Positions 1-13,950 of a DNA stretch of 64,000 nucleotides are shown one piece after another. Source of the DNA: Mobula hypostoma (lineage: Eukaryota). A program made the translations under genes and the position numbers. Positions within the stretch are counted from its first letter, which is position 1. Every line of letters starts with the position of its first letter. The notes under the pieces were generated by a model. That model saw only the letters and a program-made list of their open reading frames with translations, was not told the DNA's origin and ran no database searches. Where the stretch lies: NCBI RefSeq assembly GCF_963921235.1, contig NC_086108.1, positions 108,068,001-108,132,000 of the forward strand, read 5' to 3'.

Positions 1-104
1 AAAAACAGACTTAATATTTCAGTTATGAGACACTTCATGCCTCAGTTCCAGCATCTGTAGTACTTTACAAACACAAGAGATTCTGCAGATGCTGGGAATC
101 AGTA

Positions 105-416
105 CTGTGATCACTCAAATTGTGTACAATGTCCTCATATTTGTGTATTGGTGGGTCCGCAGATAGCTATAGAAGCCGATCCGAGATCGACATGTTCTGG
201 TGCAGTGTAGCAAGAGGAAGTGGTGACTGTGGTCAGTGGTTGGGTCTTTTGGTTGTTCAGTCTCTCCTTACACAGCTGTTCCCTGTGGCACAGTGGAGGT
301 TGTTCTCATGTCACACAGCTCCCTCTTGAACAGATTTCCTCCAGGTTTCTCTAAGGAGTGCCATATCATCCCAGTTTTTAGCTGTAATATTGAATTTCTT
401 CAGGCTGATTTAGATG
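105..416 (-). mobile_element. RTE-clade LINE 3' end fragment (degenerate)
   Basis: Minus strand reads SLKKFNITAKNWDDMALLRETWRKSVQEG... and then CTRTCRSRIGFYSYLRTH, resembling the RTE C-terminal zinc-finger-like tail. It has stops. Confidence 0.7.
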
Positions 417-509
417 TTTGGGAATTAAGAGCAATACACACACAATGCTGGAGGAACTCAGCAGGTCAGGAAGAAGGTTCCTTCTTCTTTAGCCCTTCAC
501 GTCTATCCC

Positions 510-1225
510 CTCCTAGCTTCATATTCCCTCCCTACCCATTAACCTTCCCCCTCACCTGGTCTCATCTATCACCTGCCAGCTTCTCACTTCATCCCCCCTC
601 CCTACCTATTCATCTTCCCCCTCACCTGGTCTGACCTATCAGCTGCCAGCTTCTCACTTCATCTCCTCCCTCCCTACCCATTCACCTTCCCCCTCACCTG
701 GTCTGACCTATCAGCTGCCAGCTTCTCACTTCATCTCCTCCCTCCCCTACCCATTCACCTTCCCCCTCACCTGGTCTCACCTATCAGCTGCCGGCTTCTC
801 ACTACTTCCCCCCTCCCTACCCATTCACCTTCCCCCTCACCTGGTCTCACCTATCAGCTGCCAGCTTCTCACTTCATCTCCTCCCTCCCCTACCCATTCA
901 CCTTCCCCCTCACCTGGTCTCACCTATCAGCTGCCAGCTTCTCACTACTTCCCCCCTCCCTACCCATTCACCTTCCCCCTCACCTGGTCTCACCTATCAG
1001 CTGCCAGCTTCTCACTACATCCCCCCTCCCTACCCATTCACCTTCCCCCTCACCTGGTCTCACCTATCAGCTGCCAGCTTCTCACTTCATCTCCTCCCTC
1101 CCCTACCCATTCACCTTCTCCCTCACCTGGTCTTGCCTATCACCTGCCAGCTTCTCACTTCATCTCCTCCCTCCCTACCCATTCACCTTCCCCCTCACCT
1201 GGTCTCAGCTATCACTTGCCAGCTT
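510..1225. repeat. Minisatellite, about 10 copies of a 70-73 bp pyrimidine-rich unit within a Penelope-derived repeat
   Basis: CACCTGGTCT recurs at 553, 623, 695, 768, 838, 911, 981, 1051, 1124 and 1196. Confidence 0.95.
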
Positions 1226-2099
1226 GTACCTCTCCACCCCACGCCCCACCTTCTTACTCAGGCTTTTCCCCCTTCCTTTCCAGTCTTGATGAGCGGTCTT
1301 GGCAGTAAACGATCTAGTTTCTTTGGGATTCAGGAATTTGTGGCTAGTTTATGTGGATTTCCTCTGTTCCTCTCCTCAATTCATTATGAAGACCATAGAC
1401 AAGAATCCAACATAGTTCTAAGCAAATTTATTATCAAAGTACATATATGTCACCATATACAACCCTGAGATTATTTTTCTTGTGGGCACTTATAGTAAAT
1501 ACAAGGTGTACAACAGAATCAATGAAGGACCATCCTATAATTTATATTTGATGTGTTTTTTTTATTGCTGTGTTCTTTATTGTGTTGTGTCTTTTGTGCT
1601 GCATCAGATCTTGAGTAACAATTATTTTGTTCTCCTTTACACTTGTGTATTGGAAATCCCAGGATGAGCAAACAACCAATAAGCAAAAGATGTACAAAAA
1701 AATGTACAAATAGAAAATGAGAAAAAAATAACAATATGAATAAATAAACAATAAATATCGAGAAAATGAGTTGTAGAGTCCTTGAATTAAACCTACAACA
1801 AAATCTCTTTTGGCAGCGAGCGAGTATTTGCTAAGTCAGGAATGAACTTGTCCAAAAATAAAACATCGAATCTTACAGCACCATACAGACCCTTCGGCCC
1901 ACAATGCTGTGCTAACCGATAACCTACTCCAAGCTCAATCTGACCCCTCCCTCTGGAAACTGAACCAAGATTGCTGGTGCAGGAAAGCGTAATGCTAACT
2001 GCTACGCTGCGGTGCTGCCCTGTTTTAAGAGAACATTTACATTTTAGTAGTTCTTACAGTCTTAGAATGGAGATGGAAAAGAGTGGAATGATGATTAAT

Positions 2100-3020
2100 A
2101 ATTTCAAGATTCCAAGTTGTTTAATGTCATTTCCAGTACACAAGTGTAAAAGGGAACAAAATTGTTGTTACGCTGGATCCGATCCAGCACAAATAAACAT
2201 GGTGAGATAACGAAACAATAATATTTTAAAGAACACAATAGACATAAATGCATAAATATGGGACAGTAGTGTAGCGGTTAGCACAGCACTTTACACAGCA
2301 CAGCTGGTGACTGGGGTTCGATTCCTGCTGCTGCCACTAAGGAGTTTGTGCGTTCTCCCTGTGACCACATAGCTTTCTTCTAGGTGCTCCATTTGGTATG
2401 TTAATTAGTCATTGTAAGTTGCTCCATGATTAGGCTAAAGTTAAATCGGGGAAATGACTGGGTCGCGTGGCTCCAAGGACAGAAAGGGCCTATTCTGTGC
2501 TATATCTCAGTATATAAATAAATAAGGTAGCTTATATACATATTCTGATTAATATAATACAATAAAATAAAATACAATAAATATTAATACATAAGATAGC
2601 TTCTATACATAGATTGATTGTATGTCCATAGAGTGACACTAGGCACAGGATTGTCTATACTTAATGAGACGGACAGGAATTGATAAAGTAGTGGTGGTCG
2701 GGGGTGTGGAGGGGTGGGTTAGTGGGTGGAGGTGTTGATCAGCCTTGCCGCTTGGAGAAAGTAAAGGTTTTTGAGTCTGGTGGTCCTGGTGTGGATGCTA
2801 CGTAGCCTCCTCCCTGGGAGTGGGACAAGCAGTCCATATACAGGGTGGATGGGATCCTTCATGATGTTGCTAGCTCTTTTGTGTGTGATGTGCACTCCCA
2901 GGAATTTGAAACTGCTCACAGTTTCCGCTGCTGAGCTGCCGATATAAAGAGGGCTGTGGACAGTGTGAGTTCTGAAGTTGATAACCATCTTCTTTTTCTT
3001 GTTATTGAGGAAGAAGTTAC
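2100..3020 (-). mobile_element. Rex1/Babar-like LINE 3' fragment, interrupted by a SINE
   Basis: ORF 2719-3051 contains VSSFKFLGVHIT and KRASNIMKDPIHP...GRRLRSIHTRTTRLKN. A near-identical fragment lies at 10405-10880. Confidence 0.75.
2260..2525 (+). mobile_element. tRNA-headed V-SINE (HE1-like)
   Basis: A-box-like TAGTGTAGCGG, B box GGTTCGATTCC, the family central domain and a TAAA tail. Confidence 0.75.
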
Positions 3021-3864
3021 TTGCTTCACTTTCAAGGACTCTACAGCTCATGTTCTCAGTATTTATTTATATATTTCTTTTGCATTTGCATCTTTTGTCT
3101 TTGTGTGTAGTTTTTCATTGATTCTATTGTATTTCTTTGTTCTACCATGAATGTGTGCAAGAAAATGAATCTCAGGTGACTTTGATAATAAATTTACTTT
3201 GAAGCAGCTGGCTGAGTCTCCAAGCCTCTGCCACATTTTTTCCCCAACTCGGTGGGACAGTCTCAGTGGGCTGAAGGGCCTGTTTCTGCATTGTGTGACT
3301 GTGACGCAGGTTTGTGTGGAGATGTTGGAGCAGTCTTGGTGGGTGGCTGCAGTGCACTTTAAAGAGGTCAGACACCATGCACACGGACTGAATGATGTTT
3401 TGTTGGGCCCATACGTATATACAGTCGTGGAGTGCGTCTGTGGAAAAGTAATGAATAATCAGCTGTTGGTTGAGGTCGGCTAACTGCAGAATGGGATGCT
3501 GGATTGAACTGTGAATACAGATTTACTATTGAACCACTTTGGCGCAAAATATTCATCATTTATGCATGTCTCTGAATAATTCAAAGTCACTGTTCTTCAC
3601 AGTTTAAAACAAAACAACAAATAAATCAATAATGGTGTTCCTTCTTTACAACTTTCTTGGTCTTCTGACACCATGAGTATATGCTGCTGTACAGGTGTCC
3701 ATTAACCCGTCCATGCCCAGATAGGACATTATTCCAGTCTCTGACTTTTCCAGTACTTTGCTCATCCTCAGGTCCTCCTATGGCGCTTTGCACTGGAGGG
3801 AGCGGCTTGTATGAAAGCTGCGTGGGAGTTGGTGGAGTGTTAAACATTGTGTATTTGTGTATGA

Positions 3865-4372
3865 GAAAGAGAGAGAGAGTGGGAGAGAGGGCGAGAGAGA
3901 GGGAGGGAGAGATTGAGATGAGTGGTGTACGGATTGTGAGATCCAATGCAGTGGTGAATATTCTGTCTGAGTGAGTGACAGAAGCGTACACATGACTGGT
4001 GTCGGCATTGTGGGAGGTACTGGAGTGATAAATATTGTGAGAGAGAGAGAGGGAGAGAGAGAAGGAGGGAGGGAGAAAGAGAGAGTGTGGAGGAGAGAGA
4101 GATGAGTGCAGTCAGGATTGTGGGGGCTAATGGAGCAATAAATATTGCATGAGTGAGTGATGGAGAGCGGGGGAGAGAGAGAAAGAGAGAGACAGGGAGG
4201 GGCGGAGAAGGGGAGGGACAGAGGGAGGGAAAGAGAGAGAGAGAGATGAGTGCAGTTGGGATTGTGGGGGCTAACAGAGGGATAAATATCGTGTAAGTGA
4301 GTGATGAAGAGTGGGAAAGTGAGAGACAGAGACAGAGAGAGAGAAAGAGAGAAACGTGGAGAGAGAGAGAGA
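3865..4372. repeat. GA-rich low-complexity tract with three copies of a ~65 bp unit
   Basis: GAGATGAGTG...GGATTGTG...GAGTGA units near 3915, 4100 and 4243, separated by (GA)n. Confidence 0.8.
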
Positions 4373-4984
4373 TATGCTATTTTGGTACCAAAAGTGTAAC
4401 GACACTTGTGGGCTTCCCCAGCACATATTTTGACTGTGTTGGTCATTGACACAAATGGCGCATTTCGAATATAACTTATCATTATGAAAACAAAAAATAA
4501 TGCTGTACTTACAAAGAAAGTGCAGGTGTGTGACTGTGGCAAAAAAAAGACTGGATACATTCAAGTCGGATCTGGAGATCCTGTGATTCACATGTAATGT
4601 ATTGAAATTGTTTGGACTAGACACCCACATATTGTGAGTGTGAGTGTCTTATCTATGGAAACTGATGCTCTATAGATTTATGTTGCAAGTCTGTCCATCG
4701 TGAGTTAATGTAACTTTAACCTCATCTCATTAGTTTGGCAATTTATCAACATTGGCTCAGTCTTGCTCTCTTGTTCCTCAATGTACTGAAGATTTCTGAA
4801 GACACTATTTGTCTGGCAGATGTGAAAATCAATACACACTCTTTTTTAATATTTGCCCTTTTTTTATATAGATTTGACAAAAAGACTTTTACAACTTGTT
4901 TCTCAGCTCTTCTCAGAGCTGTTGCTCTCACGAGATGCTCTGTACTGAGGTTGCTGGAGTGGCTCCTCATAATGATATGTCGGA

Positions 4985-5620
4985 GGTACGGAAGGCAAAT
5001 GCAATGTTAGCTTTCATTTTGAGAGGACTAGAATACAAAAGCAAGGATGTGATGCTGAGGCTTTCTAAGGCATCGGCCGGACTGCACTTGGAGTATTGTG
5101 AGCAGCTTTGGGCCCCTTATCCAGGATGTGCTGGCATTAGTGAAGGTCCAGAGGAGTTGACAAGAATTATTCTGGGAATGAAAGGGTTAATATATGTGGC
5201 GTGTTTGGTGGCTCTGGGTCTGTACTCACTGGAGTTCAGAAGAATGAAGGAAGAATCTCAAATCTGAATATTGAAAAGCCTAGATGGAGTAGATGTGGCG
5301 AGGGTGTTTATAGTGGGGGAGTCTAGGACCAGAGGACACAGCCTCGGAATAGAAAGATATCCCTTGAGAGCAGAGATGAGGAGAAATTTCTTTAGCCAGA
5401 GGGTGGTGAATCTGTGGAATTCATCGCCACAGAAGGCCAAGTCACTGGATATATTTAAAGCAGAGGTTGATAGTTCCTTAATTAGTCAGGGTGTCAGTGG
5501 TTACTAGGATAAGGCAGGAGAATGGGGTTGAGAGGGATAATAAATCAGCCATATTGGTGTGGCAGAGCAGACTTGACGGCCGAATGGCCTAATTCTGCTA
5601 TTGTGTCTTATAGTCTTATG
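4985..5620 (+). mobile_element. CR1 LINE 3' fragment
   Basis: RKANAMLAFILRGLEYKSKDVMLRL...HLEYCEQLWAP and RNFFSQRVVNLWNS, followed by the family 3' UTR and tail. Confidence 0.9.
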
Positions 5621-7974
5621 TCAGAATGGCTGATGGACTGTCTCTCAGGTTTGATTTTAAGTTGATCTTAGCAAGTTTGTACTCACTTCTGTCTGTGCCC
5701 TTGGCTGGGGAGGGGACAATAGGATGTGATCCCTTCTCCTCAGTGACTTTCATGTCTTTCCAGGCATTGTTTCTGGCCTCCTGGTTTTTTCACCGGCTCA
5801 GCTCTTCACACGCCACCATGACAGCGTAGCGGTCAGCGCAATCACTTTACAGCCTGTAACGTTGGGGTTTGATTACCGCTGCTGTCTATAAGGAGTTTCT
5901 ATGTTCTTCCCATGACTGCATGTGTTTGCTCTGGGTACTCTGGTTTCCTCCCACATTCCAAAGATGTATGAGTGAGAGTTAGTGAGCTGTGAGCATGACG
6001 TGATGGCACCGAAGTGTGGTGACTCCTTCCTCCGTGCAATCCTCACTGATTTGGTTTGCCACAAACACACACTACACTGTAGGTTTCGATGTACACGCGA
6101 CAAATACAGATAATCTTTTTCTTGGCCGGCCTCACTTGGGTCAAGCCGCCGCCTGACCAGAATTTGCAAGAAACTTCAATGCTGTAGGAAGTAGTTGAGG
6201 CAGGTACAATAAAAAGATTGAAAATACGCATTGTATAGGAAAGGTTCAGAGGGGCAGGGGCCAAATGCAGGCAAGTGGGACTAGTTTGTGTGGGCACCTT
6301 GGTCGGCAGGGTGAGTCGGGCCGAAAGGCCTTTATTTGTGCTGTATTACTCGATGCCTCTGTCACCCTATATTAAATGGACAATGTCAAGGTCACTGCTG
6401 TGGTTAAAGATCCCAGTAGCATGAGACATGGCCCTTCACTGTCTGCTGATTCCCTCACTTTGTGATACTCTTATTCTGTTATATTGTGAGAGATTTACAA
6501 AATTGGCGATAAGCAGGATGCACATCACAATGATCGCGTTATGTTGGCTGCGTCAGGCCATTTTGTTTTATCTTCAACACAGGCGAAAGTCACAGGGGTG
6601 GGAGCCAGGCTGGCAGCCATTCACTGCCTTACACACACTAAAATGGAATGAGCAATCTGGTATGAGTGCAGAGGAGATTTACAAGGATGTTGCCAGGACT
6701 TGAGGAGTTGGTCTACAGGGAGAGGTTGGGCAGGCGATGACTTCATTGCTTGGAGCGTAGGAGACCAAGGGGTCAGTTTGGACAGGTATTGATGAGGGGC
6801 ATAAATCGGATACATTTCCTAGGGAAAGGGAATAAAATACTAGAGGTTTAAGATGAGAGGGGAAAATTTAAAGAGGGCTCGAGGGGTAACTTCCTCCCAC
6901 AGAGTGTGGCGGGGATAGAGCAAGCTGTCAGAGGAAGTGGTTGAAGAAGGTTCACAGTTCGAAGTTCAAGGTGAACTTGCTATCAAAGTACATATAGGTC
7001 ACCATATATACCCTGAGATTTGGTTTTTTTGGAGACATTTGCAGAAAAAAATAACGAAATACACCAGAGTTTGAGAAAACCGATATATAAACAAAGACTG
7101 ACAAGCATCCAATGTGCAAAATTGTGCCAAGAATGAAACCAATGAAACATGATAAGCAGCTGTGACTAGGGCAAAATATTGCTGGCGAGTGAGGAGGCAG
7201 ATTTATTTCATAGCCATAGAGATATGCCGCTTGGAAGCAAACCCACTGGTCCCAGTCATCCAGGCTCATTAAGGTGCCCCTCTAAACAAATCCCACTTGT
7301 CTACATTTGACTCATTATCCTCGTGTGCATCTGCCCCTTACCAAATGTCTTTTATTTGAGATACAGCATGGAACAGGCCCTTGCGGTCCACTGGCCAGCA
7401 ACCCACCCATTTAACTCTAGCCTAATTTGGTTGGCGGTCGATAGGTTCTTGATTAGTCAGGGCGTGAAAGGTGACGGGGGGAAGGCAGGAGAATGGGGTT
7501 GAGAGGAAATGGATCAGCCACGATGAAGTGGTGGAGCAGACTCAATGGGCCACGTGGCCTAATTCTGCTCTTATGTCTTATGGTCTAGTCACAGGACAAT
7601 TTACAGTGACCAACTAACCTACTAACAAGTACATCTTTGGAGTGTGGGAGGCACCCAGAGGAAACCCACGCACACACAGGAAGAACGTACAAACTTTCTT
7701 GCAGGGGAGGTCAGATTTGAACTCCAAACTCTGACTTCACAAACTGTAATAGTGTCCCATTAACCACAACACCAATGATGCAATGTTGCCAGTCCATCAC
7801 AGACAAAGCCCTCCCCACCATTGAGCATATTTACAAGGAGCACTGCCATAGGAAACCAGCAGTCAAGTACACACACCATCCAGGGCATGCTCACTTCTCA
7901 CTACTATCATTGGGAAGGAGGTACAAGGAACCATATGCCCCACACCACCAGGTTCAGGACCACTTATTGAGATT

Positions 7975-8260
7975 GAGATAGTAAGAATGCGTAGTAGGTC
8001 CTTTTGGCCCTTCGAGCCATGCCACCCAGCAACACCCAATTTAACTCTAGCCTAATCATGGGACAATTTACAATGACCAATTAACCTACCAAATGGTGTA
8101 CTTTTGGACTTTGAGAGGAAACCAGAGCACCCGGAGGAAACACATGCAGCCACAGGGAGAATGTACAAACAAATTCCTTAAAGACAGCGGTGGGAATTGG
8201 ACCTTGGTTGCTGGTACTGTAATTCTTTGTGCTAACCACTACACTACTGTGCCACCCCAT
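7975..8260 (-). mobile_element. V-SINE copy
   Basis: Reverse complement of the central domain (GAGGAAACCAGAGCACCCGGAGGAAAC) and of the tRNA-like head. Confidence 0.75.
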
Positions 8261-10404
8261 CCAACAACCATCAGGCTCCTGAATCAGCGTGGATAACTTC
8301 ATTCACCTCAGCACTGAACTGGTTCCACAACCTATAGACTGACATTCAGGGACCCTACAATTCATGTTCTCAATTTTATTTATTCACTTTTCTTATTTAT
8401 TCTTGTCACAATTTGTCCTCTTTTGCACCTTGGATGTTTGTTGGTCTTTGTTTATGTATATTTTTTCATAAATTCTATTGTATTTCTTTACTTTCCTGTA
8501 CGCGTCTGGTGGAAAATAAATCTCAAAATATATGGTGATATATGTGTACTTTGATAATAAATTTACTTTGAACTTTTCCTCAACCACCTCCTCTGGCAAC
8601 TCGATCCATATATCCACCAACATCTATGTGAAGAAGTTTCTCCTCAGGTCCCTGTCAAATCTTTCCTCTCTCACATTAAACCTCTGGTTTTTGATTCCCT
8701 TTCGCTGGGAAATTCATCTATCAATGCCTCTCATGATTTTATACTCCTCTATAAGTTGACTCCTCAGGTTCCTCTGCTCTAAAGCTCAACCCTTCTCTGT
8801 AACCCAGTCCTTCAGGCCCTGGCAACATTCTTGTTGATCTCCTCTGCACTCATTCCGGCTTGCTTACTGGCATCTTTGGCATAGTAATCTGACCAGAACA
8901 GAACACAATACTGCAATTTGATTGAGGTGCTCCTTTCTGCTAAGGTAGCTTATAGTTCCATTGTGTGGCCTGTTGATCGGACCACTTGGCCAGCTGAAAT
9001 GGCCTTTGAGTGGTGCCTCTGGCTATGTCTGTTCTCAGCATGCCTTTAATTTTCCTCTTTACTGTACAGGATTTGATCAGGCATTATAAAAGAACACACA
9101 CAAAATTCTGGAGGAACTCAGCAGGTCAGGCAGCATCCATGAAAATAAATAAACAGTCGACGTTTTGGGCCAGGACCCTTCTTCGGGACTGAAATGAATG
9201 GGAGAAGGGAGAAGATGCCAGAATAAAAAGGTGGTGGTGGGGGGAGGAGGTTAGCTAGAAAGTGATAGGTGAAGCCAAGTAAGTGGGAAAGGTAAAGGGC
9301 TGGAGAAATTGGCATAACATCTTGGGCAGAAGGGCCTGTACTGTGCTGTTGTGTTCTATGTTCTATGTTTGAAACACAGACTGAAATACCTCTCTGTGAT
9401 CCCGTCAGAACAACCGACTCATCACTTTACACCCATCCCTCTGGTGTTACACACAAGGTGTCTGACATATCTCACATCTTCAAGGGATGGTCTCTGAAGA
9501 ATCCGGCATCTGTCATTAAGGACCCTCACCATCCAGGGCATTCCATTTCTTGTTATGACCATCGGAGAGAAGGTACAGGAGCCAGTGGATCCTTCCTCAA
9601 TGATTTAGGAACAGCTTTATCTCCTCCACCATCAGATATCCGAACCACCCGTAAACTCTACCTCCCTTTGGGTTATTTATTTCTTTTTGTAACCGATTGT
9701 GATTTTTATGCCTTTTCATTATACTGTTCTTGCATAACTACAAATTTAAAATTTACGAAGTTGTACACTCAGCCAGCTTCTTCATGGTGCATTCAAAAGG
9801 CAACGCCTCAAAGAGGCAGCATCCATCATTACGGACCCCCATCACCCAAGGACATGCCCTTTCGTCATCAGTGAGGAGATGAAAATTTTCTCTCAATTTC
9901 AGGAACAGTTTTTTCCCCTCTGCATCAGATTTCTGAATGGACAACGATCTCACTTTATTTTCTCATTTTTCTTTTTTTGCATTCTTTTTACACTGTTTAC
10001 TATTGTATATTGTAATATATATTACTGTAATTTATAGTTTTTTATTATTATGTATCACTAATGCAATAATGCACTGTAATATTATGTATTGCCACTAAAC
10101 AACAAATTTCATGACCTACTTTTGTGATAATAACCCTGATTCTGATTCTGACCCCTGCCGTCGGGAAGGGTTTCTTACTGTCTCCCCTATATATGTCTCT
10201 AACATGTCTTATCTTAGCCTTCTCCACCCCAGGGAAAGCAAACCCTGGGAAAGCAGTCTCTTCTCATGGCAGGGACATTCCATCCCAGGCAACACGCTGG
10301 TGGATCTCCTCTGCACCTTCTCCAGAGCAAGTTTGTCTAAGTGTTACTGTGCAGACCAGAGCAATACAAAATATCCCACCCTGTTCATTGCGAAGGAATG
10401 GTCT

Positions 10405-10880
10405 TTTCATTCAAGATTCACGATTGTTTAATCTAATTTCCTGTACGCAAGTATAAAGGTGAATGAATTAATTGTCACTCCAGATCTGTTGCAGCACAAA
10501 AAAAAGATTTAAAAAATTATAAAAATAAAACACAATAAATGCAAATGCATAAGATAGTTTCCATACATTAATTGTATGATCATAAAGTGACGCTAGCACA
10601 GGAGTGTCTATACTTAATGAGACTGACAGGAAATGATAAAGTAGTGGTGGTGGGTTAGTGGGTAGAGGTGTTGATCAGCCTTACTGCTTGGGGAAAGTAA
10701 AGGTTTTTGAGTCTGGTGATACTGATGTGGATGCTACGTAGCCTCCTTCCTGATGGGAGTGGGACAAACAGTCCATGAGCAGGGTGGGTGGGATCCTTCA
10801 TGATGTTACTGGCCCTTCTCCAGCACCTCACTGTACACTTGTCCTTGATGGTGGGTAGGCTGGTGCCAGCGATACCAAGT
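10405..10880 (-). mobile_element. Rex1/Babar-like LINE 3' fragment
   Basis: ORF 10655-10894 reads RRASNIMKDPTHPAHGLFVPLPSGRRLRSI...FPQAVRLIN. Confidence 0.75.
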
Positions 10881-11649
10881 CTTTCCTCAGGCAAGAGATG
10901 ATAGTTCTCATCACCAACCTCTCAAATCATTTCAGCATCCATTCTCATCTGTATTAATTTCCCATCTCTAATTGGCTTTGAATAGATGGTGGTGAATGCA
11001 TCATCCTTGTTGTAAAGGTACTCCCACCATGCCATTGATAGGAACATTGTAGGAACTAGACCCAGTGGTACAGGAATGGCAATATATTCCCAAGACCCCA
11101 GTGAGTCTTGAACTGGTCAATAACAGAGCTATTAAGCTGCCGGTAATGTTGAAAGGGAATCTGCCTGGGATAGTTTTCCTTTTGGCTTTCTGCATCATCA
11201 TCATCATTGTTGGTGGAGATTCAACATTTGGGAGGTTCTGTTGAAGAATCTTTGATAGGTTGCTATAGAACTTTATAAAGGGCTAAATGGCAGCACAATA
11301 TGCTGGTGGTAAAGGCAGTGTCTGCTAAAGATTGTCTGACTATATACTTCTACGTGCACACATACATGAACTCACACTCACCCCTATTTCCCTTCAGCCA
11401 TTTAATTCTTCTATCACAACAACTCTCATCACCATAGCTTTACAATGCAAGGACCACTCTGATTGCTTTGCACTAAAATAGACTAGATTTTGTTCTAATT
11501 GCATTCTTTCTTGTAAAAAAATTTAATTTATGTTTTTCTTGTGAATGCTGCTTATCTGATGCTGTGTGCCTGCCACACGGCTCCAAGTAAATTTTTCATT
11601 GCACCTGTGCGTACGGGTACCTGAGCGTATAACGATAAACTCAACTTGA

Positions 11650-11651
<2 letters not shown>

Positions 11652-11703
<52 letters not shown>

Positions 11704-11727
11704 AGACACATATCCATTACAAATTTT

Positions 11728-11761
<34 letters not shown>

Positions 11762-11830
11762 TGCATGCACACACTGACACACATGCACACAGAAACACAC
11801 ATAGACACGCACACCCGCACACACACTCAC
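11652..11830. repeat. (CA)n microsatellite cluster
   Basis: Two long pure CA runs plus a degenerate flank. Confidence 0.95.
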
Positions 11831-12039
11831 TCAGTGCTGCTCTGTCATGGAGCAAATAGATTGTGCATCACGAGATGTGTCAGTATCACCTGATTAACAG
11901 GAGCAATACCACAGAATGCCCATCAGTACACCTAATGAGATGTAATGCCTTTTAACCTCAGGGCAGCTGCTGTTAAATTAACAAGACCAATGAAAGAAGT
12001 TGCTAGTAGCTACAAGGAACTGCAGATCCTTTTACTTAC

Positions 12040-12152
12040 CGTTGGTGAACCGTTTCTGAAATTGGTTGTCTTTGGTAATTGCATGACATTGTCAGGAAAG
12101 GTGACACATTGTTCTTAAAAGCTTTCGTCCAGCTATTGTGTGGGAGTCTTGT
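12040..12152 (-). other. Candidate 113-nt spliced exon (unverified)
   Basis: Minus strand has acceptor TTTCTTGTGTTGTTTTCCATTTGATCACAG and donor ACG|GTAAGT. One frame is open. The DNA does not look repeat-derived. Confidence 0.3.
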
Positions 12153-12499
12153 CTGTGATCAAATGGAAAACAACACAAGAAACTCCGAGATGTTTTTAAA
12201 TTGTTTTATTCCCTCTTTTTCACAAAAGAATTTTCTTGCCTCTGAGACAGGCTTTGGGTGTCTTATCAGTGTGCTAACTGACCTGTTAAGTTAAAATTGA
12301 TCCATTCCTGCATTTACTGTGTCTGGGCCTATTGTCCCTCTCCATGTCTGTGTGGCAATAACCATCAGGAGAGAGAGAAAATATCTCATCTAATGTTCAG
12401 CTAAGGTGTTATCATTTGATCCAACCATGTGATGTACTTTCAAATGTTCTTTTTCAAAGCCTCTTTCCCCAAGTGAATGCTGTACGCACTGAGAAGGGA

Positions 12500-13950
12500 G
12501 AGATCATAAGACAGAATTAGTCCATTTAGTCCATTGAGTCTTCTCCTCCACTTGTTCATAACTGATTGATTTTCCCTCCCAACCCCGATCTCCTGCCTTT
12601 CCCCCATAAACCTTTGACACCCTTAATCAAGAACCTATCAATCTCAACTTAAAATGTTCTCAATGATTTGGCCTCCACAACGGCCTGTGGCAATGACTTC
12701 CACAGATTCACCACCCTCTGGATGAAGAAATTCCTCCTCATCTCTTTGCTAAAGGGACATCCTTCAGTTTTGAGGCTGTGTCCTCTGGTCCTAGACTTTC
12801 CCACTATTGGAAATGTCCACTTTATCTAGGACTTTCAATATTTAATAGGTTTCATTGAGGTCCCCCTTCGTTCTTGTAAACTCCAGCAAGTGCAGACCCA
12901 GAGACATCAACCCTTTTATTCCCACATGAGAGAGCTGCTGGCTCTCTCTCCTGGGAGTGAAAGGTTGAATAGGTAAGGATTTTATTTGCTGGAGCACAGC
13001 AGAATGGGGGAGATTTGATAGAGCCAGACAAAATTCTGAGGAGTATAGATAGAATAAATACCAGCAGGCTCTTTCCACTCAGGTTGAGTGAGACTACAAC
13101 TAGAAGTCATGGGTTAAGGGTGAAAGGTGAAGTGTTTAAGGAGGACATGAGGGAGAACCTTTTCACACAGAGGGTGGTGAAAGGGTGGAACAAGCTGGTG
13201 GATCTGGGTTCAATTTCAATTCTTAAGGGAAATTTGGGTAAGTACATGGAAGGGAGATGTCTAGAGGGCTATGATCTGGGTGCAGGTTGAAGAGACTAGG
13301 CAGATTAAGAACTCAGCTTGGACTAGATAGGCTGAAGGGCCTGTTTCTATACTATGGTGTCCTATGACCCTATGGCTCTTTGAGTCTGCTCCGCCATCTC
13401 ATCGTGGCTGATTTATTATCCTTCTCAAACTTATTCCTTTGATGTCCTTGTTAATCAAGAACCTATCAAGCTTCACTTTAAATGTTCCCAATAACTTGGC
13501 CTCCACAGCAGTCTGTGACAATGAATTCCACCGATGCATCACTCTCTAGCTAAAGAAATTTCTCCTCATCTCTGATCTAAATGGACATCCTTCAGAGGCT
13601 GTGTCCTCTGGTCCTCGACCTCCTCACAATTGGAAATGCCCACTCTATCTAGGTCTTTCAATATTTTATAGTTTAAATGAAATTCCCCCAATTCTTCTAA
13701 TCTCACGAGAGTACAGGCCCAGAGCCAGCAAATGCTCCTCGTACGTTAACCGTTTGATTCTACTACCAGTCGAAGTGGTGGATGTGGGCTCGATTTCAAT
13801 GTTTAAGAGAAATCTAGATAGTTACATGAATGGGATGAATTTGGAGGGCTATGGTCCAGCTGTTGGTCCAGCAGGTGGAGTAGTAGTTCAGAATAGACTA
13901 GATGGGCCAAAGGGCCTGTTTGTGTGCTGCACTGTTCTATGACTCTGTGA
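12500..13950. mobile_element. Cluster of CR1 3' fragments in alternating orientation
   Basis: Minus 12500-12930 and 13380-13750; plus 12940-13375 (SRLFPLR...TRSHGLRVKG...FTQRVV) and 13765-13950. Confidence 0.8.

Noticed and set aside
510..1225. Regularly spaced repeats resembling a CRISPR array
   Set aside because: The units are contiguous with no unique spacers, there are no cas genes, and the context is eukaryotic.
3778..4560. 260-aa Leu/Ser-rich ORF (also those at 28714-29095 and 44275-44876)
   Set aside because: They are translations of low-complexity CT/GA tracts.
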